Shown here: one piece after another, positions 20,977-30,267 of the stretch
How the letters are laid out: each line of letters starts with the position of its first letter
How positions within the stretch are numbered: position 1 is the first letter of the stretch
The notes under the pieces: generated by a model
The model's input: only the letters and a program-made list of their open reading frames with translations
What the model was told of the DNA's origin: nothing
The model's database searches: none
Position numbers and translations under genes: made by a program
Source of the DNA: Nitrospirota bacterium
Lineage (GTDB): Bacteria; Nitrospirota; Thermodesulfovibrionia; Thermodesulfovibrionales; Dissulfurispiraceae
DNA: 64,000 nt
Assembly: GCA_963710375.1 (NCBI GenBank)
Contig: CAVPZX010000004.1
Location: 192,001 to 256,000 of the forward strand
Reading direction: 5' to 3'

Positions 20977-22151
20977 CAGCAATTCTCCCCTTCACCGTGG
21001 TGTAAAATAGGGAGCATGATAGTAAAACGGGTATCTCCGATCACGCTCGAAACGGCAATTTTTCCTCCATGGGCTTCTATTAATTCCTTGGCGATCGCAA
21101 GTCCCAATCCAGTACTCTGGAATTCCTTAGGTCGTTCAGTATCGATGCGGTAAAATCGGTCGAAGATAAATGGAAGCTTATCTTCTGGAATCCCTGGTCC
21201 ATTGTCTTTGACGCTTATGCAAATAAAACTGTCCTGCTCGTAAAGTTCAACTTGTATGGACAGATCATTCTCAGGCCCATGCTGGATGGCGTTACTGAGG
21301 ATATTGTTGAAAGCTTGATGGAATCTCTTCCCGTCAAGATTCACCCGATAGTCATGTTCCAACCGGACAATATAGTGAAAGCTGATCTTTCTTTCTTCAA
21401 GATCAAACCTGTATTCTTCCATCAGATCATTCATGAACGCCAGGATCTGCACGTCTTCATAACGCAGCTCCAATTTTTGCATGTCTAACTTCGAAAACAG
21501 GAAAAGGTCGTCAATGAGTTTATTAACATAAACCGTATTATGATGAATTGTTCTGAGGTATTTGTTTCTGTTTTCTGCCTGTGTGACGGTCCCTTCCAAA
21601 AGTGCCTCTATATATCCTTGAATGGCGGTTATCGGCGTTTTCAAGTCGTGGGAAATATTGGCGATGAGTGAGTTTCGATTCTCTTCGTACTCGGCTTGCA
21701 TCTTTTCGTTTTCGTATAATTTTTTAGCCATTTCGTTGAAGGAAGCGATCAGAAAGCCGAGATCGTTCGGCTTATCATACTCCACTGTTATGTTATAGTT
21801 TCCCTTGGCAACTTCATCCAGTCCTTGTTTCAATTTCTCTATAGGCTTGAATATTCTTTTTTCCACGCGCAAAAAAAAGAGAAACTGGAGTATTTCTTTG
21901 ATGACGATTACTGCCGCTAAAAAAATTCCGATCCCCTTGATACCTATCCATCTGAACAGCAGATAGAGGATAACGAGGTTAACCAGTATGACAGCGGGGC
22001 GAATATAGCGGAAATACCTGTAGTGTTGCAAGAACTTATCATGGTGATGATGATGAATAAGGCGGAGTTTTGCATGAAGATGCTGATGGCCCTGTTCATC
22101 CGGGAGGATATCGGTATGCTGCCCGCCCTTACGTCTGAACATAAATATCAC
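20976..22151 (-). CDS. HAMP-domain sensor histidine kinase with His-rich N-terminus
   Basis: Two TM helices, HAMP, ISHDLKTP, NAIQH, DNGPGI, GLGLAI. Confidence 0.95.
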   Translation of the reverse strand: MIFMFRRKGGQHTDILPDEQGHQHLHAKLRLIHHHHHDKFLQHYRYFRYIRPAVILVNLVILYLLFRWIGIKGIGIFLAAVIVIKEILQFLFFLRVEKRIFKPIEKLKQGLDEVAKGNYNITVEYDKPNDLGFLIASFNEMAKKLYENEKMQAEYEENRNSLIANISHDLKTPITAIQGYIEALLEGTVTQAENRNKYLRTIHHNTVYVNKLIDDLFLFSKLDMQKLELRYEDVQILAFMNDLMEEYRFDLEERKISFHYIVRLEHDYRVNLDGKRFHQAFNNILSNAIQHGPENDLSIQVELYEQDSFICISVKDNGPGIPEDKLPFIFDRFYRIDTERPKEFQSTGLGLAIAKELIEAHGGKIAVSSVIGDTRFTIMLPILHHGEGENC

Positions 22152-22270
22152 CTGTCACAAGTTCCCCTTTGGCTGCTTTCTGCCTCATTATTATATTGCA
22201 TAGGGATGCAAGGCGCAAAATATCATATTGATCGCGTCCTGCATCCCTGCAAACAAATATAGCCTGCTCC

Positions 22271-22882
22271 TTACCAGCTGAAGGACAATTCGGCCCTTGC
22301 CTTCAGATCATGCTGTTCATTTTGACTGTCTACTTGGGACCCTCCGAAAGTGATCAGGATTCTCTCAACTTCGGATCTTTTATTTACGAACATCTTAAGC
22401 AATAAAGCGAGTTTATCTACTGTGCAGAACTCTTTTAGGAAGCCGTGCCCACAATGCTCTCCAGAGCCTGCCCCGCTTATTTTATCACGGATCAGCTCTT
22501 TCGCATCTTCGGGGAGATCGTCGGCATTCAACGACATAATTACAGCCTTGCCTTCCTGTTCTTCAACTTGAAGTGCGTTCAAGATGGCAAGGGCCAATGC
22601 AAGTTTGGAAAACATCCCTTTCAGGCCACCGCAATGACCTTTGTGCATGTGGTTTAGGAATTCATGGCGCCTGCTTTCGCCGCAGCAAGGCAGGGTGGAA
22701 TAATCCATTTCCGTACTGATTTTTGCTTTGGTCTGCCGGGTCAGCAGATTTTTTTCGAATTCATTCCGAATGGTGAAAATATTTACCCTGTCTTTTTGCG
22801 CTTCTGCTGTAAGAACACCTTGTAAAGCGTCTTTGTTCCTCATCGCCATCACCACATCATACAACAGTTTGATCTTGTTCAT
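22271..22882 (-). CDS. Hypothetical protein with His/Cys patches
   Basis: 203-aa ORF with AAGGAGG SD; PCC, HMHKGHC, HCGH. Confidence 0.75.
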   Translation of the reverse strand: MNKIKLLYDVVMAMRNKDALQGVLTAEAQKDRVNIFTIRNEFEKNLLTRQTKAKISTEMDYSTLPCCGESRRHEFLNHMHKGHCGGLKGMFSKLALALAILNALQVEEQEGKAVIMSLNADDLPEDAKELIRDKISGAGSGEHCGHGFLKEFCTVDKLALLLKMFVNKRSEVERILITFGGSQVDSQNEQHDLKARAELSFSW

Positions 22883-22916
22883 AAAAAGCCTCCTTGGTAG
22901 TTTTGATGAGATTATT

Positions 22917-22989
22917 TTAAAGGAAGAGTTTAAAGCGGCTTTAAAGCATTTCTAAAATTTATATTAAAGTTATTAAAATTATTTTAAAG
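22917..22989. promoter_or_regulatory. Phased TTAAAG direct repeats (candidate response-regulator sites)
   Basis: TTAAAG-like hexamers at 22917, 22930, 22941, 22952, 22964, 22973, 22984. Confidence 0.5.
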
Positions 22990-23076
22990 CGATGGGTCTT
23001 TATATCGATCAACGGCAAGAGCGCTTCTTTCTGCGGGTTGCTTTTTGTAACGATGTTTTGGTAGATTTCAGGGGCG

Positions 23077-23637
23077 ATGACCGACAAAGATGCGCTTATA
23101 GATATAATCAGGGAGCGTTCCTTTCAATACAACAGCGAGCCTTCATTCAAACTTTCCTCCGGAGGCGTAAGCCATTTTTATTTCAATATGAAAAAAACAA
23201 CGCAGTCCCCTGACGGCATGTACCTTGTCGGCAAGCTGGTATTTGAAAAAATCAAACAACTGGGACTGGCCCCTGATGCCATAGGCGGACTGACTATGGG
23301 AGCCGACCCCATAGCCTATGCAGTTGCCATGCACTCATATTATATGAAAGAACCGATACAGGCATTCGTTATCCGCAAAGAGCCTAAGGAGCATGGCTTA
23401 AAGCTGCCCATTGAAGGCAATATTATGGCGGGAGACCATGTTGTTATAATCGATGATGTAGTAACCACAGGGGGTTCTACAATAAAGGCAATAAACGTAG
23501 CCAAAGAATACGGCCTTATTATTGATGCTGTGATTGTGCTTGTCGACAGGCGTGAACAGAACGGCATACAAAATATTGAGGCCATGGGATATCCTGTATA
23601 CGACATCCTTACCGTCAACGACTTCATGCCAGGATAG
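23077..23637 (+). CDS. pyrE: Orotate phosphoribosyltransferase
   Basis: FKLSSG, GGLTMGADPI, RKEPKEHG, IIDDVVTTGGS. Confidence 0.95.
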   Translation: MTDKDALIDIIRERSFQYNSEPSFKLSSGGVSHFYFNMKKTTQSPDGMYLVGKLVFEKIKQLGLAPDAIGGLTMGADPIAYAVAMHSYYMKEPIQAFVIRKEPKEHGLKLPIEGNIMAGDHVVIIDDVVTTGGSTIKAINVAKEYGLIIDAVIVLVDRREQNGIQNIEAMGYPVYDILTVNDFMPG

Positions 23638-23754
23638 AAAACAGCTTTGCTCGACTGCAGATTGTATGCGGTGACATGGCAACCGTTAGTGTTGACTCCT
23701 GTAAAAATGCATGATAATAATAGGTATTATATATTCTAAACTTATAATTTGAAG

Positions 23755-23783
23755 TTGACATAAAAGATGCCGTACTTTATTAT
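23755..23783 (+). promoter_or_regulatory. Sigma70-type promoter
   Basis: TTGACA-17 nt-TATTAT. Confidence 0.65.
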
Positions 23784-23926
23784 GAAGCTATAAGGTAATA
23801 TAATAAGGAGGAGGTGAGATTCTTTCAATATTCAAGGCTGTGCTCTATTCTTGACATACAGCATGGTAATTTGGGACAGTCAGCACATATGAAAAAAAGT
23901 AAAAGATGCTTGAAAATGGGGGAAAT

Positions 23927-25054
23927 ATGAGGCAAAAACTTACGGTTATAGTATTAGGGTTACTTGTCATAGCAGGGTTTATGTTTTTTGGGAGCGCTCC
24001 GAAGAACAGTATTGCTGCTATTGATATGTCCGGCGAATCGTGTTATACAATTCCTGGTGATTTCATAGACGCCAAGGTGGTCAAGCCGGAGAGTGTCACT
24101 TTTAATGGCATTGCATATATCGCAGGGCATGGCGGGCATATTGCGATTATCGATATGCGGACGATGAAGTCCCCGACTGACATAGAAAAAGACAGAATCG
24201 TACTTACCGAGGCCGGTTCCGAGATGGAAGGAAAGATAGCCGGTATGAGCTTTGAAGAGGTCAAGAAGGCCGGCGGTACACACGGTCAGGCGCTTGTTAC
24301 TGATAAGGGAAAAAAGATAATGATTGCCGGCACATTGGACGGCAATGTTTATAAGATTGACATGGCCACAGGGAAAAAAGAGGGCCCCTTCAAAGTCGGA
24401 GAGAAGTTCTGCGGCACTATCCTAGGTCCTGACGGCAATATCTATTTTGAGGACATGGCTGACGGCAATGTGTATGTGTGGAACGCTAAAAAGCTGAAGA
24501 CAGTAGATAAAATGCCGGTAGGCAAAGCTGTTTGCGGCATTCAGTGGACCAAAAACCATAATAAGGCTTACATAACCGATATGCCTACGGGTGTAGTATA
24601 TGTTTATAACTGGAAGACGAAAAAGGAAATTAAGCAGATTTCTAGTCCTGAGATGACCTTTATTCACCAGACACGCATGACTCCTGACGGGAAATACCTG
24701 TGGGTCAGCGCCCCCAACGAGTACGATCCAGGCCTCAAGCCTGGGACGCATAAGAGCCAGATTATCGTTATCGATACAAAGAAAGATAAGATAATTAAGA
24801 GGATCGTACTGCCTGATAATATAAGGCCCCACGACTTTGCATTTACCAAGGACGGCAAATATGCATTGCTTGCGTCCCGGACATATGGCGACGATAGCAA
24901 ACTTGTTGTAATGGATTTGAGGAATGCCGATATCGTTCGGGAGGTTTCGGCTTGTGCCAGCTGCCATAAGGCAGCAGGTGTAGAGGTCAAGATTGATAAG
25001 GGCTCACCTCTGCTTTGCGGATTGGAAGTAGATTGGCATCCAGGCAAAAAATAG
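23927..25054 (+). CDS. Exported YVTN/YncE-like beta-propeller with C-terminal CxxCH
   Basis: Signal peptide; about 40-aa blade repeats (VG..xG....DG..Y); CASCH. Confidence 0.85.
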   Translation: MRQKLTVIVLGLLVIAGFMFFGSAPKNSIAAIDMSGESCYTIPGDFIDAKVVKPESVTFNGIAYIAGHGGHIAIIDMRTMKSPTDIEKDRIVLTEAGSEMEGKIAGMSFEEVKKAGGTHGQALVTDKGKKIMIAGTLDGNVYKIDMATGKKEGPFKVGEKFCGTILGPDGNIYFEDMADGNVYVWNAKKLKTVDKMPVGKAVCGIQWTKNHNKAYITDMPTGVVYVYNWKTKKEIKQISSPEMTFIHQTRMTPDGKYLWVSAPNEYDPGLKPGTHKSQIIVIDTKKDKIIKRIVLPDNIRPHDFAFTKDGKYALLASRTYGDDSKLVVMDLRNADIVREVSACASCHKAAGVEVKIDKGSPLLCGLEVDWHPGKK

Positions 25055-25083
25055 CCTGATCAACATTTATTGACATTTATTGT

Positions 25084-25119
25084 AAAAAAGGGGCAGACTT
25101 ATTTATGCCCCTTTTTTTT
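25084..25119 (+). terminator. Intrinsic terminator between propeller and permease genes
   Basis: aaaaaa ggggca-loop-tgcccc followed by a T-run. Confidence 0.75.
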
Positions 25120-25143
25120 ACTATTGAAGGCTAAAGCTCCCTA

Positions 25144-26352
25144 ATGAAGACAAGACTTAACATAGTTTCAATTGCGGTCAAAAACCTGAGCAGAAAAATC
25201 GTCAGGACAGTATTGCTGCTCCTGGCGGTTACGGTGGTCACCGGGACCATTTTTTTTGCAACTCTCTTCATATCCAGTATGCAGAACGCGCTGAAAATCG
25301 GCACATACCGGCTCGGCGCGGACATCCTTGTCGTGCCTGCAAAGAATGCCGCAGAAGCCCGTTCGGCCTTGCTCTCAGGGGAACCGGCCAGTTTTTACAT
25401 GGACAATTCCGTGCTCGAGAAAGTGAGACGTATTGAAGGCGTGAAGGAGGCGACGCCCCAGCTTTTTATCAAGCCGTCCTCCTTTGCGTGCTGTTTCAAT
25501 GTTGATGTCTTTCTAATGGCATTTGATCCGCTTACGGATTTTACCGTCACACCGTGGCTCGAAAAAAATATTAAAAAACCTCTGAGCGGCAACGAGGTGA
25601 TAACGGGCAGGAACATACCTGTAGTAACAGGTGATACGCTCCCCTTTTACGGCACGCCATTTACAGTTGTAGGGACACTTGAACCCACCGGCATGAAACT
25701 TTTTGACCAGGCCGTTTTTATGACCCTGGACGCTGCTTATGAGATGGCTGCAAATTCAAAGGCGAAAGCGATGCAGCCGATCACTATAGGCAGGAACGAG
25801 ATATCGGCGGTGCTGACAAGGGTTAAGAGTGATTATGCTCCCGACAGGGTAGCCCTCAGGATAGAGAACGACATCGACGGTGTCAAGGCGATTGTTTCGG
25901 ATGAAGTGTTGAACACGGTCAGAAAACAGTTGAACGGCCTTTTGAACGGCATTCTTCTTATAAGCGCTGTCGTATGGGTACTGGCCCTTTTGATGATGGG
26001 GTTTGCATTTTATATGATAGTGAATGAGCGGCAGCGTGAAGTGGGTTTGTTGAGAGCGATGGGAGCAAGGAAAATGCACATTTTCAGGCTTATAATAACG
26101 GAAGCCGTTATTATATCCACAGCAGGCGGCGTATGCGGGTTGATTGGCGGCTCGGCTATCCTGCTGACATTCAAGGGTCTGATTTTGCACAGCCTTAAAT
26201 TGCCGTATCTTCTGCCCCCACCGGGATTGCTCGCTGAACTGGTGGCTGGTACGCTGCTGTTTTCCATGCTGACGGGACTCCTTTCTTCCCTGTTGCCGGC
26301 TATTTCCGCGAGCAGGATGGAACCATATGAAGCGATTCGCAAAGGAGAGTGA
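25144..26352 (+). CDS. FtsX/MacB-like ABC permease with periplasmic ACC motif
   Basis: RLGADILVVP, ERQREVGLLRAMGA, PAISASRMEPYEAIR. Confidence 0.93.
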   Translation: MKTRLNIVSIAVKNLSRKIVRTVLLLLAVTVVTGTIFFATLFISSMQNALKIGTYRLGADILVVPAKNAAEARSALLSGEPASFYMDNSVLEKVRRIEGVKEATPQLFIKPSSFACCFNVDVFLMAFDPLTDFTVTPWLEKNIKKPLSGNEVITGRNIPVVTGDTLPFYGTPFTVVGTLEPTGMKLFDQAVFMTLDAAYEMAANSKAKAMQPITIGRNEISAVLTRVKSDYAPDRVALRIENDIDGVKAIVSDEVLNTVRKQLNGLLNGILLISAVVWVLALLMMGFAFYMIVNERQREVGLLRAMGARKMHIFRLIITEAVIISTAGGVCGLIGGSAILLTFKGLILHSLKLPYLLPPPGLLAELVAGTLLFSMLTGLLSSLLPAISASRMEPYEAIRKGE

Positions 26353-26353
26353 G

Positions 26354-27028
26354 ATGAGAAAAGGTATAGGTAGAGGTAAAGGTTTAGGCTTAGGTAAACA
26401 TAGGTTTTTTTTATTTTTTTTCTTAACCTTAACCTATACCTTTGCCTTGTTTTGCCTCTTTTCATGCAAGGGAAAAGAAACAACACAGGCAGGAAAGCAG
26501 GGTCCGGTATATAACCCCTATTCGACCGAATCGGTATATCTTGAAACAAGGCAAAGGGTGGAAGCTCATCCGGAAGATGCTGAGGCCTGGTTTCATCTCG
26601 CTAATTTATATGAAAGCAACGGGCAATATGCCGAAGCGATTGACGCTTATAAGAAGGTTGCGAAGCTGAGGCCTAAACAGGGATTCGTGTATGTCAAAAT
26701 AGGGACCTCTTATGACCAGATCGGGAAGCCCCGGGAAGCGGTGGAGGCATTTAAAAAGGCGGTGCATTTTATGCCGGGCTACGCGGTGGCATACAATAAC
26801 CTGGGGATAGCTTACGGAAAACTTGGCAGGAACCGCGAGGAAATAGCTGCGCTGAAGAAGGCTTTGCAGCTTCGTCCGCGATATGTCACCGCACGGTACA
26901 ATCTGGGAATTGCGTATCTGAGAGTTAAAGACAGGAAGGCGGCGCTGCAGCAATATGAGTTTTTAAAGGATGTCGAAACTGGGGCAGCAGAGGCGCTGAA
27001 AAAAGAGATCGACAGCAGTGGAAACTGA
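26354..27028 (+). CDS. TPR-repeat lipoprotein
   Basis: Lipobox LFSC; TPR motifs AYNNLGIAY, ARYNLGIAY. Confidence 0.88.
   Translation: MRKGIGRGKGLGLGKHRFFLFFFLTLTYTFALFCLFSCKGKETTQAGKQGPVYNPYSTESVYLETRQRVEAHPEDAEAWFHLANLYESNGQYAEAIDAYKKVAKLRPKQGFVYVKIGTSYDQIGKPREAVEAFKKAVHFMPGYAVAYNNLGIAYGKLGRNREEIAALKKALQLRPRYVTARYNLGIAYLRVKDRKAALQQYEFLKDVETGAAEALKKEIDSSGN
26362..26447. repeat. Hexamer AGGTTA/TAACCT element embedded in the TPR signal peptide coding region
   Basis: aggtat aggtag aggtaa aggttt aggctt aggtaa ... taacct taacct atacct ttgcct. Confidence 0.75.
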
Positions 27029-27031
27029 ATA

Positions 27032-27697
27032 ATGATAGAAATTAAGGACATTACCAAGACTTATACAATTGACGGGAAAAAAATCAAGGCGGTCGATAAT
27101 GCAAGCTTTTCGGTGAGCGCAGGTGAAATCTTATCTGTCATCGGTCATTCGGGAAGCGGGAAGACAACCCTCCTGAGTTTGATCGGAGGGCTGACAAAAC
27201 CGGATTCAGGCTCTGTCTTTATCAATGGAAGCGATATATGGTCAATGAATGATGACGATCTTTCGGGTTTCAGAAATAAAACTATCAGTTTTATTTTCCA
27301 GTTTTCGAGTCTTATCCCGACCCTTACGGCATTTGAAAATATCATTCTCCCGGTCACTTTCGGCATGCACGGCGGAGACACCGGCAGCTACGCAGAGCAG
27401 CTCTGTGAAGCTGTAGGCCTTAGTGATAAAATGCGCTCTTACCCTTCACAGCTTTCAGGTGGCCAGCAGAGGAGAGTTGCCATTGCGAGGGCCTTTATAA
27501 CCAAGCCTGCTATTGTCCTTGCCGATGAGCCTACCGGAGATCTTGATGAAGAGACCGAAGCTGAAATGATCAGTTTATTTAAAAAGTTCAACGAAGAAAA
27601 CGGCACTGTTTTTATTATCGTTACTCATAATACAGACCTTGCAAAACAGACCGGACGTCAGTTGAAAATGAGCAACGGTGTTATTATGCCTGTTTAG
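27032..27697 (+). CDS. ABC transporter ATP-binding protein (LolD-like)
   Basis: [26 protein letters not shown]. Confidence 0.95.
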   Translation: MIEIKDITKTYTIDGKKIKAVDNASFSVSAGEILSVIGHSGSGKTTLLSLIGGLTKPDSGSVFINGSDIWSMNDDDLSGFRNKTISFIFQFSSLIPTLTAFENIILPVTFGMHGGDTGSYAEQLCEAVGLSDKMRSYPSQLSGGQQRRVAIARAFITKPAIVLADEPTGDLDEETEAEMISLFKKFNEENGTVFIIVTHNTDLAKQTGRQLKMSNGVIMPV

Positions 27698-28470
27698 GAG
27701 TATCTGAGGGCATAAAGGATGTCTGCGAGTGCTGCGAACTCCTCTATCGTTAAGGTTTCCGCCCTTCTGCGCGGGTCTATCCCCGCGTCAATCAGTTGAT
27801 CCCTGATATCCGGCGATAGCTTCTTCAGAGCGTTTGAAAGTGTTTTTCTGCGCTGTGAAAAGGCGGTCCTTACAACAGTGAAAAATAATTTTTCGTCCTT
27901 TACCGCGACTTTCGGCTTATTGCGCATTGTGAGGTGGACTACGGCGGAGTCAACTTTAGGAACAGGTTTGAATGCTACACGCGGAATAATGAATCCCATT
28001 TCCGGTGCTGCCGCATATTGGACCGATATTGACAGGACGCCGTAGTCCTTTGTATTCGGCCCCGCGACAATCCTTTCCGCAACTTCTTTCTGGATTGTCA
28101 AAGTCATTGACTGCAGCCGCTTTCCCGCTTCCATAAGCCTGAAGATGAGCGGAGTGGTGATATAATATGGAATGTTGGCCACTACCTTGAATGTTTCCAG
28201 AGTTTCATAAGCATAGGTGAGGGCATCGCCCTGGATGAGCACTACATTGCCGGAGCCAGCAAACCTATCCTGCAGTTTGGTGAACAGATCGTTATCAAGC
28301 TCTATGGCGATCACCTTTTTGGCAATTCCCGACAGGATTGCCGTAAGACTGCCGTGGCCGGGCCCTATCTCTACTACCGTATCGTGCGTAGTAACATTGG
28401 AGATTCCAACGAGTCTGCGAAGAATCGAGGGGTCGAAGAGAAAGTTCTGGCCTAGATGCTTTTTCGCCAT
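27694..28470 (-). CDS. rsmA: 16S rRNA m6,2A dimethyltransferase
   Basis: AKKHLGQNFL, EIGPGHG, ANIPYYIT, PVPKVDS. Confidence 0.96.
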   Translation of the reverse strand: MAKKHLGQNFLFDPSILRRLVGISNVTTHDTVVEIGPGHGSLTAILSGIAKKVIAIELDNDLFTKLQDRFAGSGNVVLIQGDALTYAYETLETFKVVANIPYYITTPLIFRLMEAGKRLQSMTLTIQKEVAERIVAGPNTKDYGVLSISVQYAAAPEMGFIIPRVAFKPVPKVDSAVVHLTMRNKPKVAVKDEKLFFTVVRTAFSQRRKTLSNALKKLSPDIRDQLIDAGIDPRRRAETLTIEEFAALADILYALRYS

Positions 28471-28483
28471 TGAAAACACATGA

Positions 28484-29614
28484 TCAGAACCTGAAAAAGT
28501 GTCTGAACGTCTTGATATAGTCTATAAGGATTCTGTTTCTGTCCTGTTTCTTATTAAGCCATAACTCTATCGCAAGTGCCTGCACCTCGGAGCTTTTATG
28601 GAGTTGAACCCATTTTTCTATATTTTCGTTATTCCTGAAGAGATACTTTTTGATTGTGCGCATAAGCAGAAATCTCCTGCGAAACCTGCTTTCCCAGAGT
28701 TTTTTGTATGCGTCAGGGCTGCTTTCTATGAGCGCTCGCGCTGCCAATTCGCCGGATTTCATTGCATAGTATATCCCCTCATAGATCACGGGCATTACCA
28801 TGCCCGCCGCATCTCCGGTAAAGAGGACATTACCCCTGTTAAACAGTGTGCCTGTCCATTCCGGCATTTTAAACGCGCGGGTCTTGCCGAGAAGTTCTTG
28901 CCCGTTTAATTCAGCGAGAGGGGTGTTGAACCTTCTTCTGGCAAAGGTATCGAGAAAGGCGGTAAGGTTTCGGGGCGTGGAACTGCCGGTGCCGATCGAA
29001 GCATATCCCCTTGAAGGGAAAACCCAGGAGTAGAAGCTCGAAGCATGTTCCGTCCCGAACCAGAATTCGCACACATCGTAATCAGCGGGTTTTATAAGGG
29101 CGCTGATGGTACTGATGGCGCGCGGTCTCGGCACCTGCAACGACGCAGCGACTTTGGACGTTATGCCGTCTGCGGCAATGACATAGTCTGATTTAATACG
29201 CATTTCCTCGCGTGTCGGCTTCCCGGTGATGACCGAAGTGACGGTACTTCCCGTCTCCTCGAACCTGTTGAACATGCCCTCTATTACTGAAGCGCCCTGC
29301 GCGACAGCCAATTCTCTTAAATGTGTATCGAACGCCCCTCTTTCCGTGATGAAAAGAGATCCCCCCGAAAGCTCAACATCGATCTTTTCGCTGCAAGGAG
29401 AAACAATGCGGACCTTTTTAACTTTCTTTATAACGGTGTTTTCAGGTATGTCCAGCTCATCGAATGCGGAAGAGGGAATGCCGCCGCCGCACGGTTTTAC
29501 ATATGAGAGGTCACGTTCGACAAGTGTTGTCTCGATCTTGTTTCTTGCCAGTATTCTTGCAGCAGTAGCTCCGGCAGGCCCACCGCCGATGATAAGGACA
29601 TTAGTGCGTAACAT
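28484..29614 (-). CDS. Geranylgeranyl reductase family flavoprotein (BchP/ChlP-like)
   Basis: GGGPAGA, KPCGGGI, ADG, FYSWVFP, GDAAG, EGIYYAM. Confidence 0.9.
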   Translation of the reverse strand: MLRTNVLIIGGGPAGATAARILARNKIETTLVERDLSYVKPCGGGIPSSAFDELDIPENTVIKKVKKVRIVSPCSEKIDVELSGGSLFITERGAFDTHLRELAVAQGASVIEGMFNRFEETGSTVTSVITGKPTREEMRIKSDYVIAADGITSKVAASLQVPRPRAISTISALIKPADYDVCEFWFGTEHASSFYSWVFPSRGYASIGTGSSTPRNLTAFLDTFARRRFNTPLAELNGQELLGKTRAFKMPEWTGTLFNRGNVLFTGDAAGMVMPVIYEGIYYAMKSGELAARALIESSPDAYKKLWESRFRRRFLLMRTIKKYLFRNNENIEKWVQLHKSSEVQALAIELWLNKKQDRNRILIDYIKTFRHFFRF

Positions 29615-29627
29615 GACAAATTAGAAT

Positions 29628-29715
29628 CAGGTCAAGGTTGAGGTTAAGGTTAAGAGAGAGTCTTCTTTGGCTGTTTTTCAATTTTAACCTTAACCTCAAC
29701 CTTAACCTTAACCTG
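29628..29715. repeat. Hexamer AGGTTA/TAACCT inverted tandem-repeat element
   Basis: caggtc aaggtt gaggtt aaggtt ... taacct taacct caacct taacct taacct g. Confidence 0.9.
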
Positions 29716-29722
29716 TCCTTTT

Positions 29723-30160
29723 TTACCCCCTAACAGTCAGAACAGGGCATGGGGCATAGCGAACTACCTTCTCTGCAGTGCTCCCGAATAAAAAACGGTC
29801 CAGCCCTTTTCTGCCGTGCGTTCCTATGACGATAATGTCGATATTTTTTTCCTTGGCAAATTTCAGTATCTCATCATAGGGAATTCCGCGTAAGACTGTA
29901 TATTCCACATCCTTTAAATCCTTCAGCTCTTCACAGCCGAATTTTTCAAGCTCCTTTTGAGCGCTTTTCCCGAGGTCTTTGTACATTTCATCAAAAGAAA
30001 CGTGAGGTACGTAGAGTCCTGATGCTGTTGCGACATCATAGATTACATGGATCATATACAGCTTGGCATTGCAACTCTTTGCCATATCCAATGCATAAGG
30101 CAGGGCATACAGCGCTCCTTCGGAAAAGTCAGTAGGGAAAAGAATCCGTTTTGTCAACAT
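29723..30160 (-). CDS. Universal stress protein
   Basis: ILFPTDFS, VIGTHGRKG, FGSTAEKVVRYAPCPVL. Confidence 0.95.
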   Translation of the reverse strand: MLTKRILFPTDFSEGALYALPYALDMAKSCNAKLYMIHVIYDVATASGLYVPHVSFDEMYKDLGKSAQKELEKFGCEELKDLKDVEYTVLRGIPYDEILKFAKEKNIDIIVIGTHGRKGLDRFLFGSTAEKVVRYAPCPVLTVRG

Positions 30161-30181
30161 GATGATAAGCCTCCTTTTCTT

Positions 30182-30267
30182 AATTAAGAATTACGAATTA
30201 AGAATTAAGAATTGTGGAAAACATTTTGCTCATTTATTCCTAATTCCTAATTCCTAATTCCTAATTC
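30182..30267. repeat. Heptamer (AATTAAG/CCTAATT) inverted tandem-repeat element
   Basis: aattaag aattacg aattaag aattaag aatt gtggaa ... (aattcct)n; supplies the coaX stop. Confidence 0.9.

Noticed and set aside
12933..25054. A nitrous oxide reductase (nos) cluster
   Set aside because: No nosZ, nosD or nosR; the propeller is too short and has no CuA domain.
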